Assembly (NCBI GenBank): GCA_017991375.1
Contig: JAGOQP010000001.1
Location: 1 to 51,148 of the forward strand
Length of the DNA stretch: 51,148 nucleotides
Source: Minisyncoccota bacterium
GTDB taxonomy: Bacteria > Patescibacteriota > Minisyncoccia > UBA6257 > JAGOQP01
Direction of reading: 5' to 3'
Shown here: one piece after another, positions 8,460-16,583 of the stretch
How positions within the stretch are numbered: position 1 is the stretch's first letter
How the letters are laid out: every line of letters starts with the position of its first letter
Position numbers and translations under genes: made by a program
Notes under the pieces: model-generated
The model's input: only the letters and a program-made list of their open reading frames with translations
What the model was told of the DNA's origin: nothing
Databases searched by the model: none

Positions 8460-9317
8460 ATGAGGTGCACATTGATAGCGTTCTTATGGATAGCAATAAC
8501 AACAAACATTGCTATCGCACAATCGGGGGGTGTAACAGCAACTCCGTTTGGGGCCACTTCTCTTTCTATTCCCGTTGAGTCCGGCCAGAAGTTTGACCTT
8601 AACTGGGTCAGGCTGGGGCTCGATGGAAAGTTTGAGAAACACCCTCGGTTTATCGATGGGTTAGCGTTTCAGCTTGAATACGAACTCTGCGGCGAAGTTG
8701 TCAAGAAGTCGTATATCGAAGCGCAAAAGAAATTCGGCGATGCGACAACCGTCTTTGTTGCGGCTGGAAGGTGGTTGGATCCAGTGGCCTCTGTGTATCC
8801 GGGCCCAATCGCCCTACCGCTGACTCGGTATCAAGATGCTTCAAACGAGTTCCGTGCGACAAATGATGGGGTGCGTGTTCGTCTTGTGCGCGAGGGAGTG
8901 TCGTTTCAGGTTGCGTGGTGGAACAGCGAAGGAAAGCACGAAGCTTCCTCGTCAGTTGTTGCCGGACCGGTATCTCTTTACTACAGTAGCGTGGATGGAT
9001 ATGGTGGAAAGGTTGATGTGGTTGCTCATCAAACATATGCTAATCTCACTGTGGGCGGTGCTGTGGTGTGGGAAGGGGGTGATCCATTCTATCTTGGAGG
9101 GGATGGGAAAACTATCTTTATCCAGAATGAATGGAGAGCTTCTAACTCACTCAGTGCCTGGATCCTTCAAGAGTGGCGTTGGAGTGATGTGTCCAACAAG
9201 CGTCAAAGTTATCCATTGGTGGGATGGACGTACACATATCGTCCTAGAAGCTACTTGAAGGTGTACTACGACAAGCGCGATAACTCAATCCAAACACGTG
9301 TTACCTTCTCGTTCTAG
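8460..9317 (+). CDS. secreted beta-barrel (outer-membrane-protein-like) protein
   Basis: Signal peptide ...TNIAIA|QSGG. Alternating-hydrophobic beta-strand pattern throughout, with a C-terminal ...IQTRVTFSF ending in Phe (OMP beta-signal-like). Own promoter (TTGACT 8408-8413, 17 nt, TAGTAT 8431-8436) and terminator (9343-9371). Confidence 0.6.
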   Translation: MRCTLIAFLWIAITTNIAIAQSGGVTATPFGATSLSIPVESGQKFDLNWVRLGLDGKFEKHPRFIDGLAFQLEYELCGEVVKKSYIEAQKKFGDATTVFVAAGRWLDPVASVYPGPIALPLTRYQDASNEFRATNDGVRVRLVREGVSFQVAWWNSEGKHEASSSVVAGPVSLYYSSVDGYGGKVDVVAHQTYANLTVGGAVVWEGGDPFYLGGDGKTIFIQNEWRASNSLSAWILQEWRWSDVSNKRQSYPLVGWTYTYRPRSYLKVYYDKRDNSIQTRVTFSF

Positions 9318-9459
9318 CCAGCTACTTCTTTTTGCTCTTTGTGAGCGCTCCATCGGAGCGCTCTTTATTTTAGATAATTAAGCGATGTTTTGATTATAAA
9401 CTTCTCGGAGTGACGTGTTGTAATAATGTTCCACCGAGTTTTGATTTTTGGCAAAAGAT

Positions 9460-9478
9460 TGCTGGGGGACAGGGATTC
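9460..9478 (-). repeat. orphan copy of the tRNA-Gln 3' end (direct repeat)
   Basis: TGCTGGGGGACAGGGATTC at 9460-9478 is identical to 9840-9858, which covers the 3' acceptor/T-arm end of tRNA-Gln. Confidence 0.9.
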
Positions 9479-9839
9479 TCTTCGGTAAACTCAGGGCAAG
9501 TCATCCAATCCTCAAAACTTCAACAAGCTCAGTACAAACATTATATCCTAACTTATGATCTAGTAACATTTGCTTCTTTGCACGAGACCAGCCCTTAATT
9601 TGTTTTTCTCGTAGTGCTGCTTCGTATTTTTTTAGATATCTCTCACAATATAGAAACTTAATATCAGAAAACTTTGAAGTGAAGAATGACTTTCCCTCTC
9701 TGTGCATGTTCAATCTTTTTTGAGGATTATCAGTTATCCCTACATAAAAAGTTTTCTGATCGCAAAGAAGCATGTACACATACCACATAATAAGTACAGT
9801 ATAACTCTTTTAAAAATGCCTGCACTGAGCTTGCCGAAG
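9479..9839 (-). mobile_element. putative 361-bp insertion carrying only a GIY-YIG gene, bounded by the tRNA-Gln 3'-end repeats
   Basis: The segment lies between two perfect 19-bp direct repeats derived from the tRNA 3' end. It contains one ORF and one hairpin. No integrase is present. Confidence 0.35.
9501..9788 (-). CDS. stand-alone GIY-YIG nuclease family protein
   Basis: 95 aa. The sequence WYVYMLLCDQKTFYVGITDNPQKRLNMHREGK...REKQIKGWSRAKK is a GIY-YIG (UPF0213/YhbQ-type) module. Confidence 0.8.
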   Translation of the reverse strand: MWYVYMLLCDQKTFYVGITDNPQKRLNMHREGKSFFTSKFSDIKFLYCERYLKKYEAALREKQIKGWSRAKKQMLLDHKLGYNVCTELVEVLRIG

Positions 9840-9841
9840 TG

Positions 9842-9912
9842 CTGGGGGACAGGGATTCGGACCCCGATTAATGGCTTCAAAGGCCACTGTCCTACCATTA
9901 GACGATCCCCCA
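9842..9912 (-). tRNA. tRNA-Gln (anticodon UUG)
   Basis: The reverse complement folds as a cloverleaf: acceptor TGGGGGA/TCCCCCA, anticodon stem GTGGC/GCCAT, loop CTTTGAA (UUG), T arm CGGGG-TCCGAAT-CCCTG. 71 nt; CCA is not encoded. Confidence 0.9.
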
Positions 9913-10067
9913 AATTTTTGACCTATATACGTTACAATGATTAAGCATTTAAATCAATATGAGTCAATTGACTTGGTTGTAAATCAAAACGATAATAAGG
10001 GTAGCACTTATCGTTTTTCGTACCTTTTCAACTTCATAGTGATTGCCGGCTCAAAAAGGAGGGCGCG

Positions 10068-10175
10068 ATGCGAGGGATAAAACCAGAAAACGTTCCAAGG
10101 TTTGTAGGACAAGATGTTGCGTTGGTTATGCGAGAAGCGCAGTATGTGATTTCTATTGATACTGAGTGTGTATAA
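10068..10175 (+). CDS. 35-codon small ORF (MRGIKPENVPRFVGQDVALVMREAQYVISIDTECV)
   Basis: AAAGGAGG lies 7 nt upstream of the ATG. Promoter TTGACT (9968-9973), 17 nt, GATAAT (9991-9996). A bidirectional hairpin at 10211-10236 lies downstream. No homology recognised. Confidence 0.35.
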   Translation: MRGIKPENVPRFVGQDVALVMREAQYVISIDTECV

Positions 10176-10314
10176 CATATTCAAGCCGGCGGGGGATTTT
10201 TGTTTTAAAAAAGTCGCCTCTTTCCTGAAGCGACTTTGCGTGGGCATTGATTACTCTTGTGTTGTTTAGGTATTTTTTTTGTTGGTTGTTCTTTGTGGGT
10301 TGTTTGTTCTTTCG

Positions 10315-10644
10315 CTACATCAATAACGCACCGAGGGCCACGAGCGTGTTGAGTATAAACATTGCAATGTTCACAAAAATAATAGGGCGTTCTTTATGAA
10401 GTGCTCCATATACGATCCACACCGTATTGCTTATCGCGTACGCACTCCACGAGATAACAGAAATGCCTTGCGTGTTTTGCTTGATGTACACGTCATACAC
10501 TTGCGGGAGTGTCATAATGGGAACAAAAATACTGGCGCAGTATACGAGGACATCAAAAACGCGAACATATCGTTTAGGATGTGGATATTGTTCTAAATTT
10601 TTATGAATCCGTTTTCGGACTGAAAGATGATGGAGAGGAAGCAT
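10315..10644 (-). CDS. SemiSWEET / PQ-loop family transporter
   Basis: Three TM helices with the pattern ...IFVPIMTLPQVYDVYIKQNTQGISVISW...VWIVYG...PIIFVNIAMFILN, characteristic of bacterial SemiSWEETs. The start is placed at the internal Met (MLPLHH...) because the upstream part of the ORF translates the low-complexity spacer. Confidence 0.7.
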   Translation of the reverse strand: MLPLHHLSVRKRIHKNLEQYPHPKRYVRVFDVLVYCASIFVPIMTLPQVYDVYIKQNTQGISVISWSAYAISNTVWIVYGALHKERPIIFVNIAMFILNTLVALGALLM

Positions 10645-10725
10645 AGATAGTGATAAGTGATTAGTGATAAGTGGGGAAAATAATCTTTGGTGTGTGGTCA
10701 AAGATTAACTATCAAGGATTAATAA

Positions 10726-11829
10726 TCACTTCAGTGTTTCTATGATGGCGATTTCAAAAGGGACTAATGGGAAAGGATTGTAGCGCATCTGAGTATAGGC
10801 CTCAATCAATGCTTTAATAAGGGCAATAAGATAGTCAGAATTAACTTTTTCGGCGTGTTGTTTAATGTGCGTCAACTGGCTGTGCGCGATTTCTTGGGAA
10901 AAGAGTGTTTCAAGAGTAGGGTTGAGGGAAAGCGAGAGGGTTCGCCTCAGATATTCAGTTACATCCTTGTTAAACTGAAACAAATTATATCCATCATTGC
11001 TAATCGTATGCAAAAAAAGTAACGCTTTATTTAAATCTTTTTGGATAAGTGCGTCAGCCATGGTCACGGTTTTTGCAAAGTCAACCTTTCCCAGTACCGA
11101 TTCCACGTGCTCAACTGAGACATTTTTTTGTTTCATTGAGGCGATTTGATCCAGAAGCGATTCGGCGTCTCGCACGCTTCCATCTGCCAGATGAGCAAGA
11201 AGCTCAAGCGCGTCACGGGTATAGTTCAATTGTTCCTGGCGCGCAATACGTTCAAGTTTATTGGCAATCTCCTCGAGTGTTAATTTGCGAAAGTGAAAAC
11301 GCTGAGTGCGCGACACGATAGTCGACGGGACTTTTTCATATTCGGTAGTGGCAAGTATAAATATGGCGTGTGCGGGGGGTTCCTCTAATGTCTTAAGGAG
11401 TGCGTTGAATGCGGGCGTGGTGAGCATGTGCACTTCGTCTATAATAAATACTTTTTTTGCGCACACGGAAGGGAGTGTGCGAATATGCTCCCTTAAATCT
11501 CTTATTTCATCAATGCCGCGATTTGATGCCGCGTCTATTTCCACCACATCAAGCGCGTGACCCGTATCTATCTGAGCGCATGTTGAACAACCGTTGCATG
11601 GCTCTCCCTCTTTTTTAAACGTCTCATCCTCGGCTCGTTTTTGGCAATTGATTGTTTTTGCAAGCAAGCGAGCAATAGTTGTTTTTCCAGTTCCCCGCGG
11701 GCCATAAAAAAGGTATGCGTGCGCAAACGCGTGTTCTCGTGCCGCATTTTTGAGAATAGCAACGATCGTCTCTTGGCCGACGATGTCAGAAAGTTTTTTT
11801 GGTCTGTATTTACGGTAGAGGGCAAGCAT
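10726..11829 (-). CDS. dnaX: DNA polymerase III subunit gamma/tau (short form)
   Basis: Walker A GPRGTGKTT, Zn module CNGCSTC, Walker B IIDEVHML, sensor SRTQRF. 367 aa. Confidence 0.92.
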   Translation of the reverse strand: MLALYRKYRPKKLSDIVGQETIVAILKNAAREHAFAHAYLFYGPRGTGKTTIARLLAKTINCQKRAEDETFKKEGEPCNGCSTCAQIDTGHALDVVEIDAASNRGIDEIRDLREHIRTLPSVCAKKVFIIDEVHMLTTPAFNALLKTLEEPPAHAIFILATTEYEKVPSTIVSRTQRFHFRKLTLEEIANKLERIARQEQLNYTRDALELLAHLADGSVRDAESLLDQIASMKQKNVSVEHVESVLGKVDFAKTVTMADALIQKDLNKALLFLHTISNDGYNLFQFNKDVTEYLRRTLSLSLNPTLETLFSQEIAHSQLTHIKQHAEKVNSDYLIALIKALIEAYTQMRYNPFPLVPFEIAIIETLK

Positions 11830-11967
11830 ACATAGTGATTAGTGGTTAGTGGGAGACAAGAGAGAACAAAGAAGAAAAACAGGTTCCAAAGTAACTCATA
11901 AGCTATGAGCTATATACTACGTGCCATCATCACTCTATATTATAAACGATTTAGATACAACTAGTAC

Positions 11968-12305
11968 AAAAAACTCCGACCATGTCGGAGTGTTGTGAAC
12001 AAAAAGACTGGGTCGGAGCGGTCGGTAATAGGAGGGCAAGAATGGCTATCCCTTTCTCTTTTCTGAGTAAGAGGAGATTTTGGGCGGAGCCGACGCTTTG
12101 CGTCTATCACGCCCCGCTCTCTACTCATCGGTGGCTGAAGGCCTTGCTGCCCCCACTTTTTCTTTTGGGGCGCGATTCCCAAAACGAGAAAGAAAGAGTC
12201 GCCCAGCGATTAAGCGATCGAGTGCGAAGTCCGTTCCAACCCAGTCAAATAACCATCTCTTATTTTATAGCCATTTGACTGAGTAGAACGGGAAACTAAT
12301 GTTCT
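11968..12305 (-). ncRNA. GC-rich structured RNA of unknown class (unit 1 of a tandem pair)
   Basis: Promoter TTGATA (12340-12335), 17 nt, TAAAAT (12317-12312). Terminator CTCCGAC-catg-GTCGGAG plus T6 (11990-11968). Long 5' hairpin at 12231-12291. No credible ORF. Confidence 0.55.
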
Positions 12306-12387
12306 GGTAAGATTTTACACTTGTGGTATTTGTTTATCAAGATGTGTGAGTATGGCAGATTATAAACGATTTAGATACAACTAGTAC

Positions 12388-12890
12388 AAAAAACGCCCGT
12401 CGGATGACGAGCGACCTCCAAAATGGAGGATTTGTGGGAAGGAGCGAAAGGGAAGGAGCGAAGGACTGGGGCGTGGACGGCGGGATGAGTGCTACCTTTT
12501 GCGTTGAGTGAGTGGTGACCTGAGTCACCGCAACACTTGCCAGTCCCAAGGTCTCCATTGGCAGAGGCCTTGAAAGGAGGTGACCGACTGACAGGCATCT
12601 CTCCCTGCCACAAGAATCTCAAGGATTCCCAGCCGAGATTTTTGACTCGGCTCTCGATCCTCATTTTGACTCTCGTGCGGCCCTTGAGGGAGACATCAAT
12701 CTCCCCACGGGGACTTTTGCCCCTCTCGCTGCTTTCTTCTCAAAGAGTCACCCTAGGCGTCCCCAGGGGAAGGCAAGAAAGTGAGAAGAAAACTGCAGCA
12801 GCCGGCTTCACATCCGTCCACGCCCAGTCAAATAGTCGCTTTTTACATAGTAGCTATTTGACTGGGCGTGGATCCCTTTTATACTGTTCT
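12388..12890 (-). ncRNA. GC-rich structured RNA of unknown class (unit 2 of a tandem pair)
   Basis: Consensus promoter TTGACA (12924-12919), 16 nt, TATAAT (12902-12897). Terminator is an 8-bp stem plus T6 (12413-12388). Perfect 19-bp 5' hairpin (12817-12835 / 12854-12872). No credible ORF. Confidence 0.55.
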
Positions 12891-13046
12891 GGTCTCATTA
12901 TACTCCTTTTATTTTATTTGTCAAGAGACGCAGATATATCGGGTAATATCAATATTCACATGGAAATGTATGTTATTATCTAGCGCGCAACGTTGGGTGG
13001 TATCGATTCGGTTGGATTTTGGAACATTTTTTGGTATTCTAAGGAT

Positions 13047-13781
13047 ATGTATCAGGTGCAAACGCAGGAGTTTGTTGGACCGCTTGATAAACTACTGGAA
13101 CTCATAGAAGAGAAAAGGTTAGATATTACTCGTATCAGCTTGGCGGAGGTCACAGCTGATTTTATTGTATATGTTCAAGATATGCAGGCACGAGTGAGTG
13201 CTGATTCTCAAAAAGATCAATCGCAATCGGCGCGCATACTTGCAGATTTTTTAGTTGTCGCTTCACATCTTCTTTTGATAAAATCAAAAGCGCTCCTTCC
13301 CGATCTTGAACTTACTCAAGAGGAAGAAGAAGGAATTTTTGATCTTGAGCGACGACTAAAGTTGTACAGTGATATCAAGCCATTATTTGGGCTTGTGAAA
13401 AAAACATGGGGAATGTCAGCGCAGTCATTTTCACGCGAGTTCCTCTCTCATATTCCTTCTATATTCTATCCTGCATCAAACGCGACGCCTGATGCTCTGG
13501 CTCACGCGCTCGGCAAATTGTTGCAATCTTTGGGAACGTTTGTCGTTGAACAGGAAACGATAGAGCGACAACTCTTTTCATTAGAAGAAAAAATTACCGA
13601 ACTTTCTCAGACGTTGTTAAAAGGAATCTCTCGTTTCTCGCAAATCGCCGAAAGCAAGTCGAGGGGAGAAGTTATCGTGCTGTTTCTCGCGTTACTGCAT
13701 TTATTGAGAGACCAAACACTTACCGTTCGGCAGGATAATTTATTTGGAGAGATGCAGATGGAAATGATCAATAATCATTAA
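13047..13781 (+). CDS. scpA: segregation and condensation protein A
   Basis: N-terminal FVGPLDKLLELIEEKRLDITRISLAEVTADF is the ScpA signature. The start is taken at the internal ATG (MYQVQ...); the 12993 start is also possible. Confidence 0.85.
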   Translation: MYQVQTQEFVGPLDKLLELIEEKRLDITRISLAEVTADFIVYVQDMQARVSADSQKDQSQSARILADFLVVASHLLLIKSKALLPDLELTQEEEEGIFDLERRLKLYSDIKPLFGLVKKTWGMSAQSFSREFLSHIPSIFYPASNATPDALAHALGKLLQSLGTFVVEQETIERQLFSLEEKITELSQTLLKGISRFSQIAESKSRGEVIVLFLALLHLLRDQTLTVRQDNLFGEMQMEMINNH

Positions 13782-13893
13782 TCATTGACTATTAATCTTT
13801 AACAAGAAAAACAAGAGAAATAATCATCGATCCACTATTCGTTTCGCATTAATTGTTTTGTGCATCATTCATTTGGTGTTTTGTAATCATACT

Positions 13894-14487
13894 ATGGAAA
13901 AAGAACATATTATCGCAGCACTAGAAGCCCTCCTTTTTGTATATGGAGAGCCCATGTCAACCGTTAAAATAGCGAAGGTGCTTTCGATAACCGAAGATGA
14001 GTTACATGAGGCAATTGTTTATTACAAAAAGCTTCTTGAGGAACATCATAGGGGACTTACATTGGTGACACACGAAAATGCCCTTTTACTAACCACTAAA
14101 CCATCCTTTTCTTCTTTTGTTGAACGTTTTGTCAAAGAAGATTTAAAAGAAGAACTTACTCCAGCGGCGTTGGAAACATTATCTCTCATTGCTTACTTTG
14201 GACCAATTTCCAGAGCGCAGATTGATTATATCCGAGGAGTAAATTCAAGCTTTATTTTGCGTAGTTTAACCGTACGGGGGCTTGTTAATCGCGCGCAGGG
14301 GAAAGGTCTTTCATATGTGTATCAAGTAAGTTTTGATTTTCTCAAACACATGGGGGTATCTTCCGTTACAGATCTTCCCGAGTATAATACCTATCAACAG
14401 ATGAAAGAGTCGTACTTTCGTGTTGCCGATACTCATAATGAACCTGTTTCATCAGATCACGCGTCTTCTCCCGAAGAAACGACATAA
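13894..14487 (+). CDS. scpB: segregation and condensation protein B
   Basis: ALEALLFVYGEPMSTVKIAKVL and ...LETLSLIAYFGPISRAQIDYIRGV are the winged-helix blocks of ScpB. It lies immediately downstream of scpA. Confidence 0.85.
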   Translation: MEKEHIIAALEALLFVYGEPMSTVKIAKVLSITEDELHEAIVYYKKLLEEHHRGLTLVTHENALLLTTKPSFSSFVERFVKEDLKEELTPAALETLSLIAYFGPISRAQIDYIRGVNSSFILRSLTVRGLVNRAQGKGLSYVYQVSFDFLKHMGVSSVTDLPEYNTYQQMKESYFRVADTHNEPVSSDHASSPEETT

Positions 14488-14492
14488 TAATA

Positions 14493-15464
14493 TTGTTTAT
14501 GAAATACCAAGCATTCATTCTTATATTTGTTATATTAGTTTCTCTGTACGTGCTCAAAGAGCCATCGGTTTTTTCCGAACAACATATTCCTAACGCGCAA
14601 CAGGCACGGGTTCTTTCTACCTTATCCGATACAGCAGATACTATGGTGAGAGAAATTCCCGTTCCGGTGGAAACACCCGTAACGGTAGAGAATGCATTTT
14701 CGGATTTTATTGAACGTCCGGCGGTTGAACCGCCCTCTGTTACTAACAACAGTTGCCCCACGATTGATGCGAAGATTTATTTGGTAAAATATCTGGATCG
14801 AGATCGCGCGGTTTTGGAAAAAAACCCCCTTGATCGATGGCCAATCGCGTCTATTACCAAGCTCATGACGGCAACCATTGCTCTTGAGCGCCTTGATCTC
14901 TCAAAAAAAATCGTTATATCAGACGAGGTGCGACAGGCCGTGGGAGAAAATGGATCGTTTGCGGTGGGGCAGGAATACACCGTCTTGGATCTTATTAAGG
15001 CGTCGCTGGTATTTTCGAGCAATGATGCGGCGTACGCGCTTGCCTCCGCGCTTGGTTCCAATGAATTTGTTTCCGCGATGAATCAGCGCGCTAAAGAAAT
15101 CGGCATGAGTCAAACATCTTTTTATGAACCATCGGGGCTTTCGTATCTCAATCAATCGACTGCTTATGATTTGTATGCTCTTATGAATTTTTTGTATCGT
15201 CAGCATCCAAATATACTTGAGATGAGTCGGCAAAAAAGTGTTTCGTTATATGATTATTCGGTATCAAAGCGACGGAGTTTTTCCAATATTGATTTTTTTG
15301 CCGGCAGTAAAAACTTTTTTGGTGGCAAAACAGGATTTATCGAGCAGTCAGGAGGTAATTTAGTGACGTTGTTTCAAAAAAATGGTAAAATGGTTTTTGT
15401 AGGAGTTCTTTCAAGCACGGATCGATTTGGAGAAATCGAAAAACTCCTTTCGTGTGTTGAATAA
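14493..15464 (+). CDS. D-alanyl-D-alanine carboxypeptidase (serine type, S11)
   Basis: N-terminal TM anchor plus the motifs SITK (SxxK), SSND (SxN) and GKTGF (KTG). Confidence 0.85.
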   Translation: MFMKYQAFILIFVILVSLYVLKEPSVFSEQHIPNAQQARVLSTLSDTADTMVREIPVPVETPVTVENAFSDFIERPAVEPPSVTNNSCPTIDAKIYLVKYLDRDRAVLEKNPLDRWPIASITKLMTATIALERLDLSKKIVISDEVRQAVGENGSFAVGQEYTVLDLIKASLVFSSNDAAYALASALGSNEFVSAMNQRAKEIGMSQTSFYEPSGLSYLNQSTAYDLYALMNFLYRQHPNILEMSRQKSVSLYDYSVSKRRSFSNIDFFAGSKNFFGGKTGFIEQSGGNLVTLFQKNGKMVFVGVLSSTDRFGEIEKLLSCVE

Positions 15465-15465
15465 T

Positions 15466-16527
15466 ATGTTCAATCCTTATTCCATTACTGGTCAGGCGGT
15501 TCGTATGCTGATTCTTACGGGGGGGGCGTTTTTTGTTGCCCTTTTGCTAACTCCGTTAGTAACGCGACTCTTGCTTCGCTATAAAGCAGGGAAACAAATT
15601 CGTTCAAGCGAACAAGCTCCAGTGTTTAATCAACTCCATCAACAAAAAGCGGGAACGCCGACAATGGGAGGTATTATTATCTGGGTAACCGTGTTGGGAA
15701 TCGCCCTCGTCTTATGGGGCGCAAAAACTTTTTTTGGTGGAGTGTTTGATTATTTCAACGTTGTTGATCGGGCGCAAACATATCTTCCTATTGCCGCTAT
15801 GCTTATCGCGGCTTTACTGGGGTTTGTTGATGACTTAATGGGAATAGCGCGCATGGGGCCAAAAGGCGGCGGGATGATGATTCGTCACAAGTTGTTGGTT
15901 TATTTGGCGATTGGTCTTGTGGGGGCGTGGTGGTTTGCTCACAAATTGGGGTGGAGCGTTTTGGCAATTCCTTTTGTGGGCACGGTTGAAATTGATGGAT
16001 GGTATGTTCCACTTTTTATTTTTATTATTGTAGCAACTGCGTTTTCGGCAAACGAAACTGATGGACTTGATGGGTTGCTGGGTGGGGTCTCGCTTTTTTC
16101 ATTCGGTTCACTTGCGGTAGTATCGTTTGCGCTTGGACGTTTTGATTTGGCGGCGTTTTCGTGCATGATCGTGGGAGCGCTTTTGGCGTTTTTGTGGTTC
16201 AATATTTTTCCGGCAAAATTTTTTATGGGAGATACGGGATCGATGGCGCTTGGTATTACTATGGGCGTGATCGCGATGCTCACAAACACGGTGCTGTTTT
16301 TACCCCTCTTTGCGCCTATCTTTGTCATAGAATCGCTTTCGGTTATTGTTCAACTTTTTTCAAAAAAAGTTTTCAAACGAAAAATATTTTTATCAACACC
16401 AATCCACCACCATTTTGAAGCACTGGGGTGGCACGAGAGTCGGGTAACGATGCGGTTTTGGATTATCACCGCGGTATCAAACGGTCTCGGGCTCGTGCTC
16501 TTTTTTCTCTCGCGTATGATAAAGTAA
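15466..16527 (+). CDS. mraY: phospho-N-acetylmuramoyl-pentapeptide transferase
   Basis: Polytopic membrane protein with GTPTMGG, NETDGLDGL, FMGDTGSMALG and PIHHHFE blocks. The ATG lies 1 nt after the preceding stop. Confidence 0.92.
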   Translation: MFNPYSITGQAVRMLILTGGAFFVALLLTPLVTRLLLRYKAGKQIRSSEQAPVFNQLHQQKAGTPTMGGIIIWVTVLGIALVLWGAKTFFGGVFDYFNVVDRAQTYLPIAAMLIAALLGFVDDLMGIARMGPKGGGMMIRHKLLVYLAIGLVGAWWFAHKLGWSVLAIPFVGTVEIDGWYVPLFIFIIVATAFSANETDGLDGLLGGVSLFSFGSLAVVSFALGRFDLAAFSCMIVGALLAFLWFNIFPAKFFMGDTGSMALGITMGVIAMLTNTVLFLPLFAPIFVIESLSVIVQLFSKKVFKRKIFLSTPIHHHFEALGWHESRVTMRFWIITAVSNGLGLVLFFLSRMIK

Positions 16528-16583
16528 TAAATATAAATAAAGATAATGTTCTAATATAAAAACAATATAAACCAATAACATCT

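Noticed and set aside
11968-12305. Calling RNA unit 1 the SRP (4.5S/scRNA) gene because of its position upstream of dnaX.
   Set aside because: I could not find the conserved domain IV elements (GGAA tetraloop closed by C-G pairs, AGCA symmetric loop). Synteny alone is insufficient, so I left it as unknown class.
11982-12983. ORFs 11982..12278, 12080..12286, 12371..12664 and 12537..12983 in the dnaX-upstream region. An internal ATG at about 12042 is preceded by TAGGAGGG.
   Set aside because: They run through canonical terminators and hairpins and have Arg/Ser/Pro/Leu-rich composition typical of GC-rich non-coding sequence. The promoter and terminator geometry fits minus-strand RNAs instead. 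The SD-like site keeps a small residual doubt.
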